This document shows positions 56,029 to 64,000 of a stretch of DNA of 64,000 nucleotides, piece by piece (position 1 is the stretch's first letter; each line of letters opens with the position of its first letter). The notes beneath the pieces are model-generated. The model had not been told where the DNA came from, did not search any database, and was given only the letters and a program-made list of their open reading frames with translations. The position numbers were made by a program, and so were the translations under genes. This stretch comes from Candidatus Parcubacteria bacterium (GTDB lineage: Bacteria; Patescibacteriota; Microgenomatia; UBA12405): assembly GCA_023396915.1 (NCBI GenBank), contig JAEWUV010000001.1, forward strand, positions 21,206 through 85,205, read 5' to 3'.

Positions 56029-56610
56029 TTACAAAACCAATTTTGCCTTCGTCGGTTTCATTAAGTATTTGTATAATTTTTCTGTTTTTTCTTCTAATTC
56101 TTTCAAACTACATTCCGTATCAATTACCACATCCGCTTTTTTCTTTATCAAACTTTCTTTACTTTGGTTTTTAATCCTTAAATTAATCTCTTTATCAGTC
56201 AAATTATTTCTCTTTTTTATTCTCTTTTTTCGTTCATCAATTTCACAAACTGTCACTATATTTTTTACCATGTCCTTGTTTTTGCCGGTTTCAAACAAAA
56301 TCGCTGTTTCCACTAAAACTATTTTTTCTTCACTTAGTTTTTTAATTAATTTATCTAATTTTAACCATACCTTAGGGTGAATTAAACTTTCAACCTCTTT
56401 TTTCTTTTTTGAATTTTTAAAAATAATTTCTTTATTTTTTCCCCAAATTTTTTCCAAGCTTTTTTTAATTTTACTTATTTTACTTATTTTTTTTGCCTCT
56501 GCATCACAGTCAAAAACTACTATATTAGAATATTTTTTTTGTAACATTTTTGCCACCGTACTTTTTCCACTTCCAATTCCACCAGTTAACCCAAAAATTT
56601 TTTTAGTCAT
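56029..56610 (-). CDS. coaE: Dephospho-CoA kinase. Start taken at MTKKIFGLTGG; the track extends to 56652.
   Basis: P-loop GLTGGIGSGKST. Confidence 0.8.
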   Translation of the reverse strand: MTKKIFGLTGGIGSGKSTVAKMLQKKYSNIVVFDCDAEAKKISKISKIKKSLEKIWGKNKEIIFKNSKKKKEVESLIHPKVWLKLDKLIKKLSEEKIVLVETAILFETGKNKDMVKNIVTVCEIDERKKRIKKRNNLTDKEINLRIKNQSKESLIKKKADVVIDTECSLKELEEKTEKLYKYLMKPTKAKLVL

Positions 56611-57700
56611 TTTTATAAAAAGCGGCGATAGCCACTCCCTGAGCACAGGCATTAATACTCATGTCATCGCCACACAAAACCGGTTGTTCTCCTTTTGCTT
56701 TATCTATTATTTGACTAACTCTATTCATTACTCCCGGCACTCTAAAACCACCACCATGGTAGGCTACTACTGTGTCTCCGGCTTTAGTCATTAAATTATT
56801 AATGTTAGCCACTCCAACTATTCCACAAGCGAGCAATATTGCCGAATTTTCATAAAGTTTTTTGGCCAGTTCATCACCTTGTTGGTATTTATTACTTATT
56901 TCTATTCCACTCAAACTCTCTCCGGTTATTTTTTTATAAATACTTTCCACTCCGGCTCCACTAGCCGCCACTCTTTCAATACAAACATAATCTCGTCCCA
57001 ACAAACCACATGGGGTATCTTGTTTATGCCAATTTAGTTCATCTGCCAATCTGGTATGACCCACTTCAGTGGCAATGATTTTATTGTTTTTTATAAACGC
57101 TAACCCAAATCCACCCCCATCTATTACAAATTCCAACGACCCGTTTTCTTTCATTTTGCCGCTTATTCTGGCTTCTACTGCCGCAGTTTTAATTCCCGCC
57201 TGAGCATCATTATTAACTGCTTTTAAAGTCGGGAACAAATTGGCAAAATCTCCATTATATTTTCTGTCTAAATCAGCTTTAAAATCAGTCGCATTGGGGA
57301 TTCCCTGAGGGCATGTTCCTGTCAAAGGTCCAGCAAAAGAAATTGCTACATTCATTTTTCTTACTCTTGCTTCCTCAGCCGCTTTTTCAAAAAATTCTGT
57401 ATAGTTAGCTCCCTTATCTATTTTTTTAACTCTTTCAATTGAATTAGTGTCGGCTACCAATCGTCCCTTAATTATTTTCCAAAAAATCCTAGTTACCTTA
57501 TCTCCACCCATATCTACTGTTAACAATTCGGCTCCTTCATTATCTTGAATTAATCTTATCGCCTTATCCGGATTAAACTCTTCCACTTCCTGTTGAAATA
57601 CATTCTCAGGTACAAATAATTTCATCTGTTCATCGGGCAAATTTGGCACTTCTGCCAAAGTCAATAAATCTTTTCCCAAAGACGTATCTATGCAATGCAT
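56603..57700 (-). CDS. ASKHA-superfamily sugar kinase (ROK/BadF-like, N-acetylglucosamine-kinase-like).
   Basis: VDMGGDKV, DGGGFGLAF, HGGGF gly-rich ATPase motifs. Confidence 0.5.
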   Translation of the reverse strand: MHCIDTSLGKDLLTLAEVPNLPDEQMKLFVPENVFQQEVEEFNPDKAIRLIQDNEGAELLTVDMGGDKVTRIFWKIIKGRLVADTNSIERVKKIDKGANYTEFFEKAAEEARVRKMNVAISFAGPLTGTCPQGIPNATDFKADLDRKYNGDFANLFPTLKAVNNDAQAGIKTAAVEARISGKMKENGSLEFVIDGGGFGLAFIKNNKIIATEVGHTRLADELNWHKQDTPCGLLGRDYVCIERVAASGAGVESIYKKITGESLSGIEISNKYQQGDELAKKLYENSAILLACGIVGVANINNLMTKAGDTVVAYHGGGFRVPGVMNRVSQIIDKAKGEQPVLCGDDMSINACAQGVAIAAFYKND

Positions 57701-57775
57701 AAAGTCATTATAGCAACCCTCGTCAAATTAAAATTATCAAATTCAAAATTTAGTAATTTTGTATTATAATTCCCT

Positions 57776-59128
57776 GTGACTAAAAAAACTTTTGACGTTG
57801 TTGTCGTCGGTGCCGGTCCGGCTGGAATTTTTGCCTGTTATCAACTTATCCAAAAAAACAAAAAACTCAAGATCGCTTTAATTGATCGAGGTAATCGAAT
57901 TGAAAATCGCAAAGCTAATGAAATCATGTTTGGTTTTGGTGGTGCCGGAGCTTATTCCGACGGCAAACTTCACTTCACCCCTAAACTTTCTCACGAACGA
58001 ACCTTTGATATTATCGACCCCGAAGATTATGCCAAAATCCTTGATCAAGTAGATAAGATTTTTATGGATTTTGGAGTTGATACCCCGGAATTTCCCAAAA
58101 ACAAAGCCGAAGTTAATCAGTTAGTTGAAGAAGCCCAAATCCACGACATTGAATTAGTTGTCAGAAGAGCCAAACACGTTGGTACCGACAAACTAAAAAT
58201 CGTTATGGAAAAATTCCAAAAATATTTAGAGAAAAATGGCGTCACTTTTTTTGATAAAACCGAAGTAACCGATTTAATTGTCAAAAACAAAGAACTTACT
58301 GGTGTTAAAACCGAAAAGTTTGATTTATTTGCCAAAAAAGTTTTACTTGCCCCGGGGCGGGGAATGGCTCGATGGTTTCAAATCATGTCTGATAAATACA
58401 AAATCCAATACACCTATGATATGGTCGAAGTTGGTGTCAGAGTCGAATTTCCTGCTTATGTTATGCGCCGTCATGCCGAAGCCTTGTATGAAGTCGTTTT
58501 TAAGATTAGAACCAAAACTTTTGACGATATTATCCGAACCTTTTGTAGTTGTCCTAACGGTTATGTTGCCAAAGAAGATTACGCTGGTTATGTTTGTGTC
58601 AACGGCCATTCACTTTCTGACCACGCTTCACCCAATTCTAATTTTGCCTTTGTTTGTGAAGTTCATTTAACCGAACCGGTCGAAAATTCATTACTTTACG
58701 CCCGATCTATTGCCGAATTAGCTACTACCATTGGTGGTGGTAAACCTGTTCTTCAGCGCCTTGCCGATTTAAAAATGGGTCGCCGCACTACTGTTTCTCG
58801 TCTCCGAAAATCCATGGTTACTCCTTCATTAAAAGATGTTACCCCGGGGGATATTTCTATGGCCCTACCTCATCGTATTGTTACCGACATCCTCGAAGGT
58901 TTAGAACAACTAGACAAAGCTATGCCGGGAATTAACTCTGGTTCAACTTTATTGTATGCTCCCGAAGTTAAATTTAGATCTACCAAAGTCAAAGCTGATT
59001 CTAATATGCAAGCCAATATTAAAAATTTATTTATTGCCGGTGATGCTTCTGGTATGGCTGGTTCAATTACTGGTGCCGCCGCTACCGGTATCATGGCCGC
59101 TGATGGTATTCTTAACACTTTAAAGTAA
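57776..59128 (+). CDS. FAD-dependent oxidoreductase (COG2509-like).
   Basis: VVVGAGPAGIFA dinucleotide-binding motif at the N-terminus and GDASGMAG near the C-terminus. Confidence 0.6.
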   Translation: MTKKTFDVVVVGAGPAGIFACYQLIQKNKKLKIALIDRGNRIENRKANEIMFGFGGAGAYSDGKLHFTPKLSHERTFDIIDPEDYAKILDQVDKIFMDFGVDTPEFPKNKAEVNQLVEEAQIHDIELVVRRAKHVGTDKLKIVMEKFQKYLEKNGVTFFDKTEVTDLIVKNKELTGVKTEKFDLFAKKVLLAPGRGMARWFQIMSDKYKIQYTYDMVEVGVRVEFPAYVMRRHAEALYEVVFKIRTKTFDDIIRTFCSCPNGYVAKEDYAGYVCVNGHSLSDHASPNSNFAFVCEVHLTEPVENSLLYARSIAELATTIGGGKPVLQRLADLKMGRRTTVSRLRKSMVTPSLKDVTPGDISMALPHRIVTDILEGLEQLDKAMPGINSGSTLLYAPEVKFRSTKVKADSNMQANIKNLFIAGDASGMAGSITGAAATGIMAADGILNTLK

Positions 59129-59137
59129 AATTAGTTA

Positions 59138-60544
59138 ATGAAACAAACATCTGTTGTTGATTTTTCTTCTTATACCTCTCCTTTTACTTGGCGTTACTCC
59201 TCTCCCGAAATGCGTTTTCTCTTTAGTGAAGAATATAAATTCAAAACCTGGCGTCAACTTTGGGTGGCTTTAGCCGAATCTCAATACAAATTAGGTCTAA
59301 TTAGTAAACAAGAATTTTTAGATTTAAAAAATAATCAAGACAATCTCGACATCGACAGAATTTTAGAAATCGAAAAAGAAACCAAACACGATGTGGTTGC
59401 CGCTATCAAAGAATTTAGCGAAAAAGCCACAGTCGGTGGGGGGAAGATTCATTTAGGGGCTACCAGTATGGACATTAATGATAATGCCGAAACTTACCGC
59501 ATTAAACAAGCCTTAGATTTAATCGAAAGCAAAGTAAAAGATATTCTCAAACTTTTTTCCCAAAAAATTAATGAATTTATTGATGTTCCTTGCATTGGTT
59601 ATACTCATCTTCAACCAGCCGAACCAACCACTATTGGTTACCGCTTTGCTCTTTATGCTCAAGATTTATTAATCGATTTTAATTTCCTTCAATTTGTCAA
59701 AAAAGAATTAAAGACCAAAGGTTTTAAAGGCGCTGTTGGCACTGCCGCCAGTTATGACGAACTATTTAATCACAAACATTCTGACACTCAAAAAATGGAA
59801 GATTTAATTATGAAATCTCTCGGACTCGAGGCTTTTTTAATTACTTCCCAAACCTCTACCAGAAAAATTGATTACCTTCTTCTATGTCTCCTTTCATCAA
59901 TTGCCTCAACTCTTGCTAAATTTTCTGGTGATCTTCGAATTCTCCAATCACCTAACAATGGCGAATGGCAAGAACCTTTTTCATCAACTCAAGTTGGATC
60001 TTCAGCCATGCCTTTCAAAAAAAATCCCATAAGTTCCGAAAAAATTTGTTCTTTAGCTCGTTATATTAGTACTCTTCCTCAAGTCGCTCTCGAAAATGCT
60101 ACCCTTTCGTATCTCGAGCGAACTCTTGATGATTCAGCTAATCGCCGCATTATTATTTCTGAAAGCTTTCTAGCTCTTGATGAAATTTTAATTACCGCCC
60201 AAAAAAATATTTCCGGGCTTATTATTAACAAAACCAAAGTCCAACAAAACTTTGACAATTTTGCTCCTTTTGCCGCTACCGAATCAATTATTATCGAATC
60301 AGTCAAAAAAGGTGCCAATCGCCAGGAAATGCACGAAACCCTCAGACAATTATCTCTAACTGCTTGGGCCGAAATCCAACAAGGCAAATCAAATCCGCTC
60401 AAAGAACTTATTATTAACAACCCCGAAATTAAAAAATATTTATCAGAAATTGAAATAAATAGTCTTTTTAATCTGAATTCTCACTTGGGGACTGCTACTA
60501 TTCGTTCCCAAAAACTAGTCAAACTTATCAATCAAATCCTCTAA
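59138..60544 (+). CDS. purB: Adenylosuccinate lyase.
   Basis: Fumarate-lyase family (GATSMDINDN, SSAMPFKKNP signature region). Confidence 0.85.
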   Translation: MKQTSVVDFSSYTSPFTWRYSSPEMRFLFSEEYKFKTWRQLWVALAESQYKLGLISKQEFLDLKNNQDNLDIDRILEIEKETKHDVVAAIKEFSEKATVGGGKIHLGATSMDINDNAETYRIKQALDLIESKVKDILKLFSQKINEFIDVPCIGYTHLQPAEPTTIGYRFALYAQDLLIDFNFLQFVKKELKTKGFKGAVGTAASYDELFNHKHSDTQKMEDLIMKSLGLEAFLITSQTSTRKIDYLLLCLLSSIASTLAKFSGDLRILQSPNNGEWQEPFSSTQVGSSAMPFKKNPISSEKICSLARYISTLPQVALENATLSYLERTLDDSANRRIIISESFLALDEILITAQKNISGLIINKTKVQQNFDNFAPFAATESIIIESVKKGANRQEMHETLRQLSLTAWAEIQQGKSNPLKELIINNPEIKKYLSEIEINSLFNLNSHLGTATIRSQKLVKLINQIL

Positions 60545-61477
60545 CCAGGATTCTCCGTAACCACCTAAACTTATCGAGGCTAATTTTGTTCCAATTTGTG
60601 CTGCCTCTTCAATAGTTTTATTTTTAATCATCCCATACAAAAACCCGGCCGCAAAAGTATCTCCCGCTCCAGTACTATCAATAATTTTTTTTGGTTTAAC
60701 CGAAGGCATTTTAAATTGTTTTTCAGCCGTTGTTATCAAAACTCCATCACTCCCCAAAGTACAAACCACTATTTTAGGGCCATATTCTAGCAGTTTTTTA
60801 CTTTCATAAACAAAATCTTTGGTTTCATTCAATCTTTCCATTTCCCATTTATTAGAAAAATATACTTCTGTTTTTTTTAGTATTGGTTTTAATTTATTTA
60901 ATCCATAACCAACATATGTGGCCGAAGGGGTAAAAGTAATTTTTGGTCCTTTAATTTCATCCACTAAATCAACTACTTTTTCAAAAGTAACTTCCATATC
61001 TTTAGTAAAAAATGGCGACAAATGAATAAATTTAGACTGGTTTATATAATCCATATTAATCTTATTAAAGACATTATCTTCTTTTTTATTTGCATAAACT
61101 ACAAAAGTTCTTTCTTGCCCTTTATTAGTTATTAGGCAAAAACATTTAGCCGTTTCTCCTCCGCTTATGACTTCATCGATATCAATACTTTTTATTTTTT
61201 CGCGAACAAATTTCCCATCACTATCATTACCAATAATTCCCAAAGTACCGCATTTTAATCCTAATTTAGACAAAACCATTATCGTATTTACGGTCATTCC
61301 TCCCAGACTTTTAGTTTTTAATTTCAATCCTTTTAAAAACAATTTTTGATTTTTTTTAAATTTATCTTCCCACAGACAGTCTTCTTCTATCGTTAGACCA
61401 ACTTTTTTTAAGTGATCTACTTCAGTTTCAAAAAAATAATCAACAAAAATTGATCCTAAGCCGACGACATCAAGCAT
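60515..61477 (-). CDS. PfkB-family carbohydrate/ribo-kinase.
   Basis: [16 protein letters not shown] signature. Confidence 0.85.
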   Translation of the reverse strand: MLDVVGLGSIFVDYFFETEVDHLKKVGLTIEEDCLWEDKFKKNQKLFLKGLKLKTKSLGGMTVNTIMVLSKLGLKCGTLGIIGNDSDGKFVREKIKSIDIDEVISGGETAKCFCLITNKGQERTFVVYANKKEDNVFNKINMDYINQSKFIHLSPFFTKDMEVTFEKVVDLVDEIKGPKITFTPSATYVGYGLNKLKPILKKTEVYFSNKWEMERLNETKDFVYESKKLLEYGPKIVVCTLGSDGVLITTAEKQFKMPSVKPKKIIDSTGAGDTFAAGFLYGMIKNKTIEEAAQIGTKLASISLGGYGESWLEDLIDKFD

Positions 61478-62036
61478 GCCTTTATGTTATCATCAATTTA
61501 TCATGAATAATCCAACTATTAGCATCATTATGGGTTCAGATTCCGATTTGCCTATAATGCAAGACGCCGCTACTTTTTTAGAAGAAATGGGAATTAGTTG
61601 TGAAGTTTCGGTAATTTCAGCTCATCGTACTCCGGATTTAGCCTTTGATTACGCCAAAAAAGCCAAAGACAGGGGAGTTAAAGTTATCATTGCCGGTGCC
61701 GGCTACGCTGCACATCTTCCTGGTGTCATTGCCGCTTTAACCACTTTACCGGTTATTGGCGTTCCTATCATGAGTAAATCCCTCCAGGGACTAGATGCTC
61801 TTTTATCAATTGTTCAAATGCCTTCCGGTATTCCTGTGGCTACTGTCGGTATCGACAATGCCAAAAATGCCGCTATTTTAGCCGCCAAAATTTTAGCTCT
61901 TAACAACCAAGATTTACACCAAAAACTGGTTGAATTCCAACAACAATTAGCTACTAAAGTTTCTGAAAAAAATACTAAACTTCAACAAATTGGTTACCAA
62001 CAATATGTTAATGATTTACTTAAGGATAAAAAATAA
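61476..62036 (+). CDS. purE: N5-carboxyaminoimidazole ribonucleotide mutase PurE.
   Basis: [14 protein letters not shown]...VISAHRTP. Confidence 0.9.
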   Translation: MPLCYHQFIMNNPTISIIMGSDSDLPIMQDAATFLEEMGISCEVSVISAHRTPDLAFDYAKKAKDRGVKVIIAGAGYAAHLPGVIAALTTLPVIGVPIMSKSLQGLDALLSIVQMPSGIPVATVGIDNAKNAAILAAKILALNNQDLHQKLVEFQQQLATKVSEKNTKLQQIGYQQYVNDLLKDKK

Positions 62037-63002
62037 ATGGTCTCAGAGTTAGATGTCAAAAATGCTTTAGACAATGTTTTAAAAACAGTCGATCTCCCTT
62101 TTTTGGGCGAAAAACACCAAGGTAAGGTTCGTGATTTTTATATGGTTGGGGATAAAAGAGTTTTAATCACCACCGACCGCCAATCAGCTTTTGACGTAAT
62201 TTTAGGACATATCCCTTACAAAGGTACCGTTTTAAATTTACTAACTCAATTTTGGCTCGAAAATACCAAAGACATTGTTCAAAACCATATGGTTTCTGTT
62301 CCTGACCCAAACGTTATGATCAGTCAAAATTGTGGCCTTATTCCTATCGAAATGATTGTCCGAGGTTACATTACTGGCGTTACCAACACTTCTATTTGGA
62401 CTGCTTATCAAAAAGGGGAAAGAGTTTTTTGTGGCAATGTTCTTCCTGAAGGTTTAGTTAAAAATCAAAAACTAGAAAAACCCATTATTACTCCTTCAAC
62501 TCACGCCGAAGCCGGAGCCCACGACGTCAATATGAGTCGAGCCGAAATTATTGAGCAAGGAATTGTCAGTGAGGATATTTATTCCCAAATGGAAACAGCC
62601 GCTCTAAAATTATTCGCTCGTGGTACTGAAATTTGTCAACAAAAAGGCTTAATTTTAGTTGATACTAAATACGAATTTGGATTGCTTAATGGAGAATTGA
62701 TATTAATTGACGAAATTCATACTCCGGACTCTTCTCGTTTCTGGAAACTTGATTCTTACCAAGATAGATTATCCCAAGGCCTAGAACCAGAAAATTTTGA
62801 CAAAGAATTTATCCGTCTTTGGTATGTTGATCATGGTTACAAAGGCGACGGGGAACCTCCCAAAATGCCCATAGAGTTGGCTGTCGCCGCTTCTCAAAGA
62901 TATGTTGGAAATTATGAGCTTATAACAGGGAATGAATTTAAACCTTACCAATATCCTATCAATCAACGCATCATCGACAATCTAAAAGATTTGAAGATTT
63001 AA
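62037..63002 (+). CDS. purC: SAICAR synthetase (long form).
   Basis: GKVRDFYMVGDKRVLITTDRQSAFD. Confidence 0.85.
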   Translation: MVSELDVKNALDNVLKTVDLPFLGEKHQGKVRDFYMVGDKRVLITTDRQSAFDVILGHIPYKGTVLNLLTQFWLENTKDIVQNHMVSVPDPNVMISQNCGLIPIEMIVRGYITGVTNTSIWTAYQKGERVFCGNVLPEGLVKNQKLEKPIITPSTHAEAGAHDVNMSRAEIIEQGIVSEDIYSQMETAALKLFARGTEICQQKGLILVDTKYEFGLLNGELILIDEIHTPDSSRFWKLDSYQDRLSQGLEPENFDKEFIRLWYVDHGYKGDGEPPKMPIELAVAASQRYVGNYELITGNEFKPYQYPINQRIIDNLKDLKI

Positions 63003-63003
63003 T

Positions 63004-63405
63004 TTATCTTTTGTCTCCACATTTGAGACAAAAATCTCTGTGAACACAAAGTAATTCCCAACACTTTTTACACGTCCATTTCTTTTTCTGATTATCAAAA
63101 AACTTTTTAAGCCCCAACTTTTTAATATTTTCCAAATTTTCAATCATACTCATTTGATATTTTGTTCTGTATCTTTTATCTAAATCTTTTAGTCGTTTAC
63201 ATGGATATTTTTCACATTTACTCGAACAAAATTCCATTTTATTGTCTTTTAAAATCTGACAACTTCTAATAATACATTTTCTCCCATAACTACTCTCATA
63301 GGCGTCTCTTTTTTTACATCCCGGACATCTATTTTTTTCTCTTTGATACCCCAAACAAAGTCGACAATCCATTCCGCACGGTGCAATTAAGTTTTTATTT
63401 GTCAT
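63004..63405 (-). CDS. DUF3795-like Cys-rich protein.
   Basis: CGMDCRLCLGY...CPGC...C arrays. Confidence 0.5.
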   Translation of the reverse strand: MTNKNLIAPCGMDCRLCLGYQREKNRCPGCKKRDAYESSYGRKCIIRSCQILKDNKMEFCSSKCEKYPCKRLKDLDKRYRTKYQMSMIENLENIKKLGLKKFFDNQKKKWTCKKCWELLCVHRDFCLKCGDKR

Positions 63406-63424
63406 ATACAGTTATAATACCAAT

Positions 63425-64000
63425 ATGAAAGCAAAGAGGGTGATTATCGTTACCAATGGGGTATTAGACCAAGATTTTATTAAAGATATAAAAGCATCTG
63501 ATTTTATTATTGGCGTTGACCATGCCGCTTATTGGCTAATCAAACACAACATTACCCCTAACCTGGCTATTGGCGATTTTGACTCTACCACCAAAAAAGA
63601 ATTACTCGATATAAAAAAATCTTGTCCAAATACTCAAATTTTTTCATCCAAAAAAGATTTCACTGACACTGAGTTAGCTGTTAAAAAAGCCATTAAACTA
63701 AACCCTCAAAGTGTTATAATTTACGGGGCCATAGGTAACAGAATAGACCATACATTAGGCAATATTTTACTTTTAGAAAAACTACTAAAAAAAGGAATAG
63801 TCACCTCTATTAAAAATTCAAACAACCAAATTTATTTAATTGATAAAACTTTAATTTTAGACAAAGACAAAAATTTTCCTTATCTTTCCATTTTGCCGCT
63901 TACTAAATCTATTAATATTTCCTTAACTGGTTTTGCATATAATCTAAACCACAAAATCATTACCCGCGGCCAATCTATTGGTGTTAGTAATCAGATCACA
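63425..64000 (+). CDS. Thiamine pyrophosphokinase (5' partial; runs off the window).
   Basis: MKAKRVIIVTNGVLD...AIGDFDST...TDTELAV...YGAIGNRIDHTLGN are TPK motifs. Confidence 0.7.
   Translation, partial: MKAKRVIIVTNGVLDQDFIKDIKASDFIIGVDHAAYWLIKHNITPNLAIGDFDSTTKKELLDIKKSCPNTQIFSSKKDFTDTELAVKKAIKLNPQSVIIYGAIGNRIDHTLGNILLLEKLLKKGIVTSIKNSNNQIYLIDKTLILDKDKNFPYLSILPLTKSINISLTGFAYNLNHKIITRGQSIGVSNQIT

Overview
This is a low-GC bacterial chromosome segment with a Patescibacteria/CPR-like gene repertoire. It carries an archaeal-type TyrRS, many small membrane proteins and glycosyltransferases, and a minimal purine/CoA/thiamine salvage set. The window spans the replication origin. The gene order is rpmH-rnpA-yidD-yidC-jag on the minus strand, divergent from dnaA-dnaN, with DnaA-box clusters both upstream and downstream of dnaA. 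I found no rRNA, tRNA or CRISPR array.

The notable content is as follows. (1) A roughly 8.5 kb AT-rich island on the minus strand (44.7-53.2 kb) looks like a horizontally acquired defense or DNA-modification locus. It encodes a RhuM-family protein, a 1039-aa MmeI-like (type IIL/IIG) PD-ExK endonuclease fused to an N6-adenine methyltransferase, a RlmJ/TcmP-like protein tightly coupled to a Cx3Cx3C 'three-Cys-motif' radical-SAM-like protein, a Cas4-like PD-(D/E)xK nuclease with a 4-Cys cluster, a BRO-N/Fic protein and a small membrane protein. A convergent DUF559/Vsr-like endonuclease overlaps the RhuM gene. (2) A Gram-positive-type type IV secretion remnant lies next to the origin. It has a PrgI/VirB3-like protein fused to a carboxypeptidase-regulatory-like domain, a VirB4 ATPase that appears split by a frameshift, and a large coiled-coil/Gly-rich protein. 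(3) There are several unannotated families of structured repeats. An ~85-bp element occurs five times upstream of minus-strand genes near the origin, and a second ~70-bp element sharing a common tail occurs twice. A composite GC-hairpin element (CTCCC-U-rich loop-GGGAG, a second hairpin, then an SD-like tail) lies just upstream of start codons. That composite element is also found in frame inside two genes, an O-antigen-ligase-like gene and queH. (4) An Fe-S/metal cluster contains an unusual Rrf2(IscR)-IscS fusion, IscU, a CxxC/TauE-like membrane protein with a cupredoxin-like domain, and an unannotated 28-aa Cys-rich metallothionein-like peptide.
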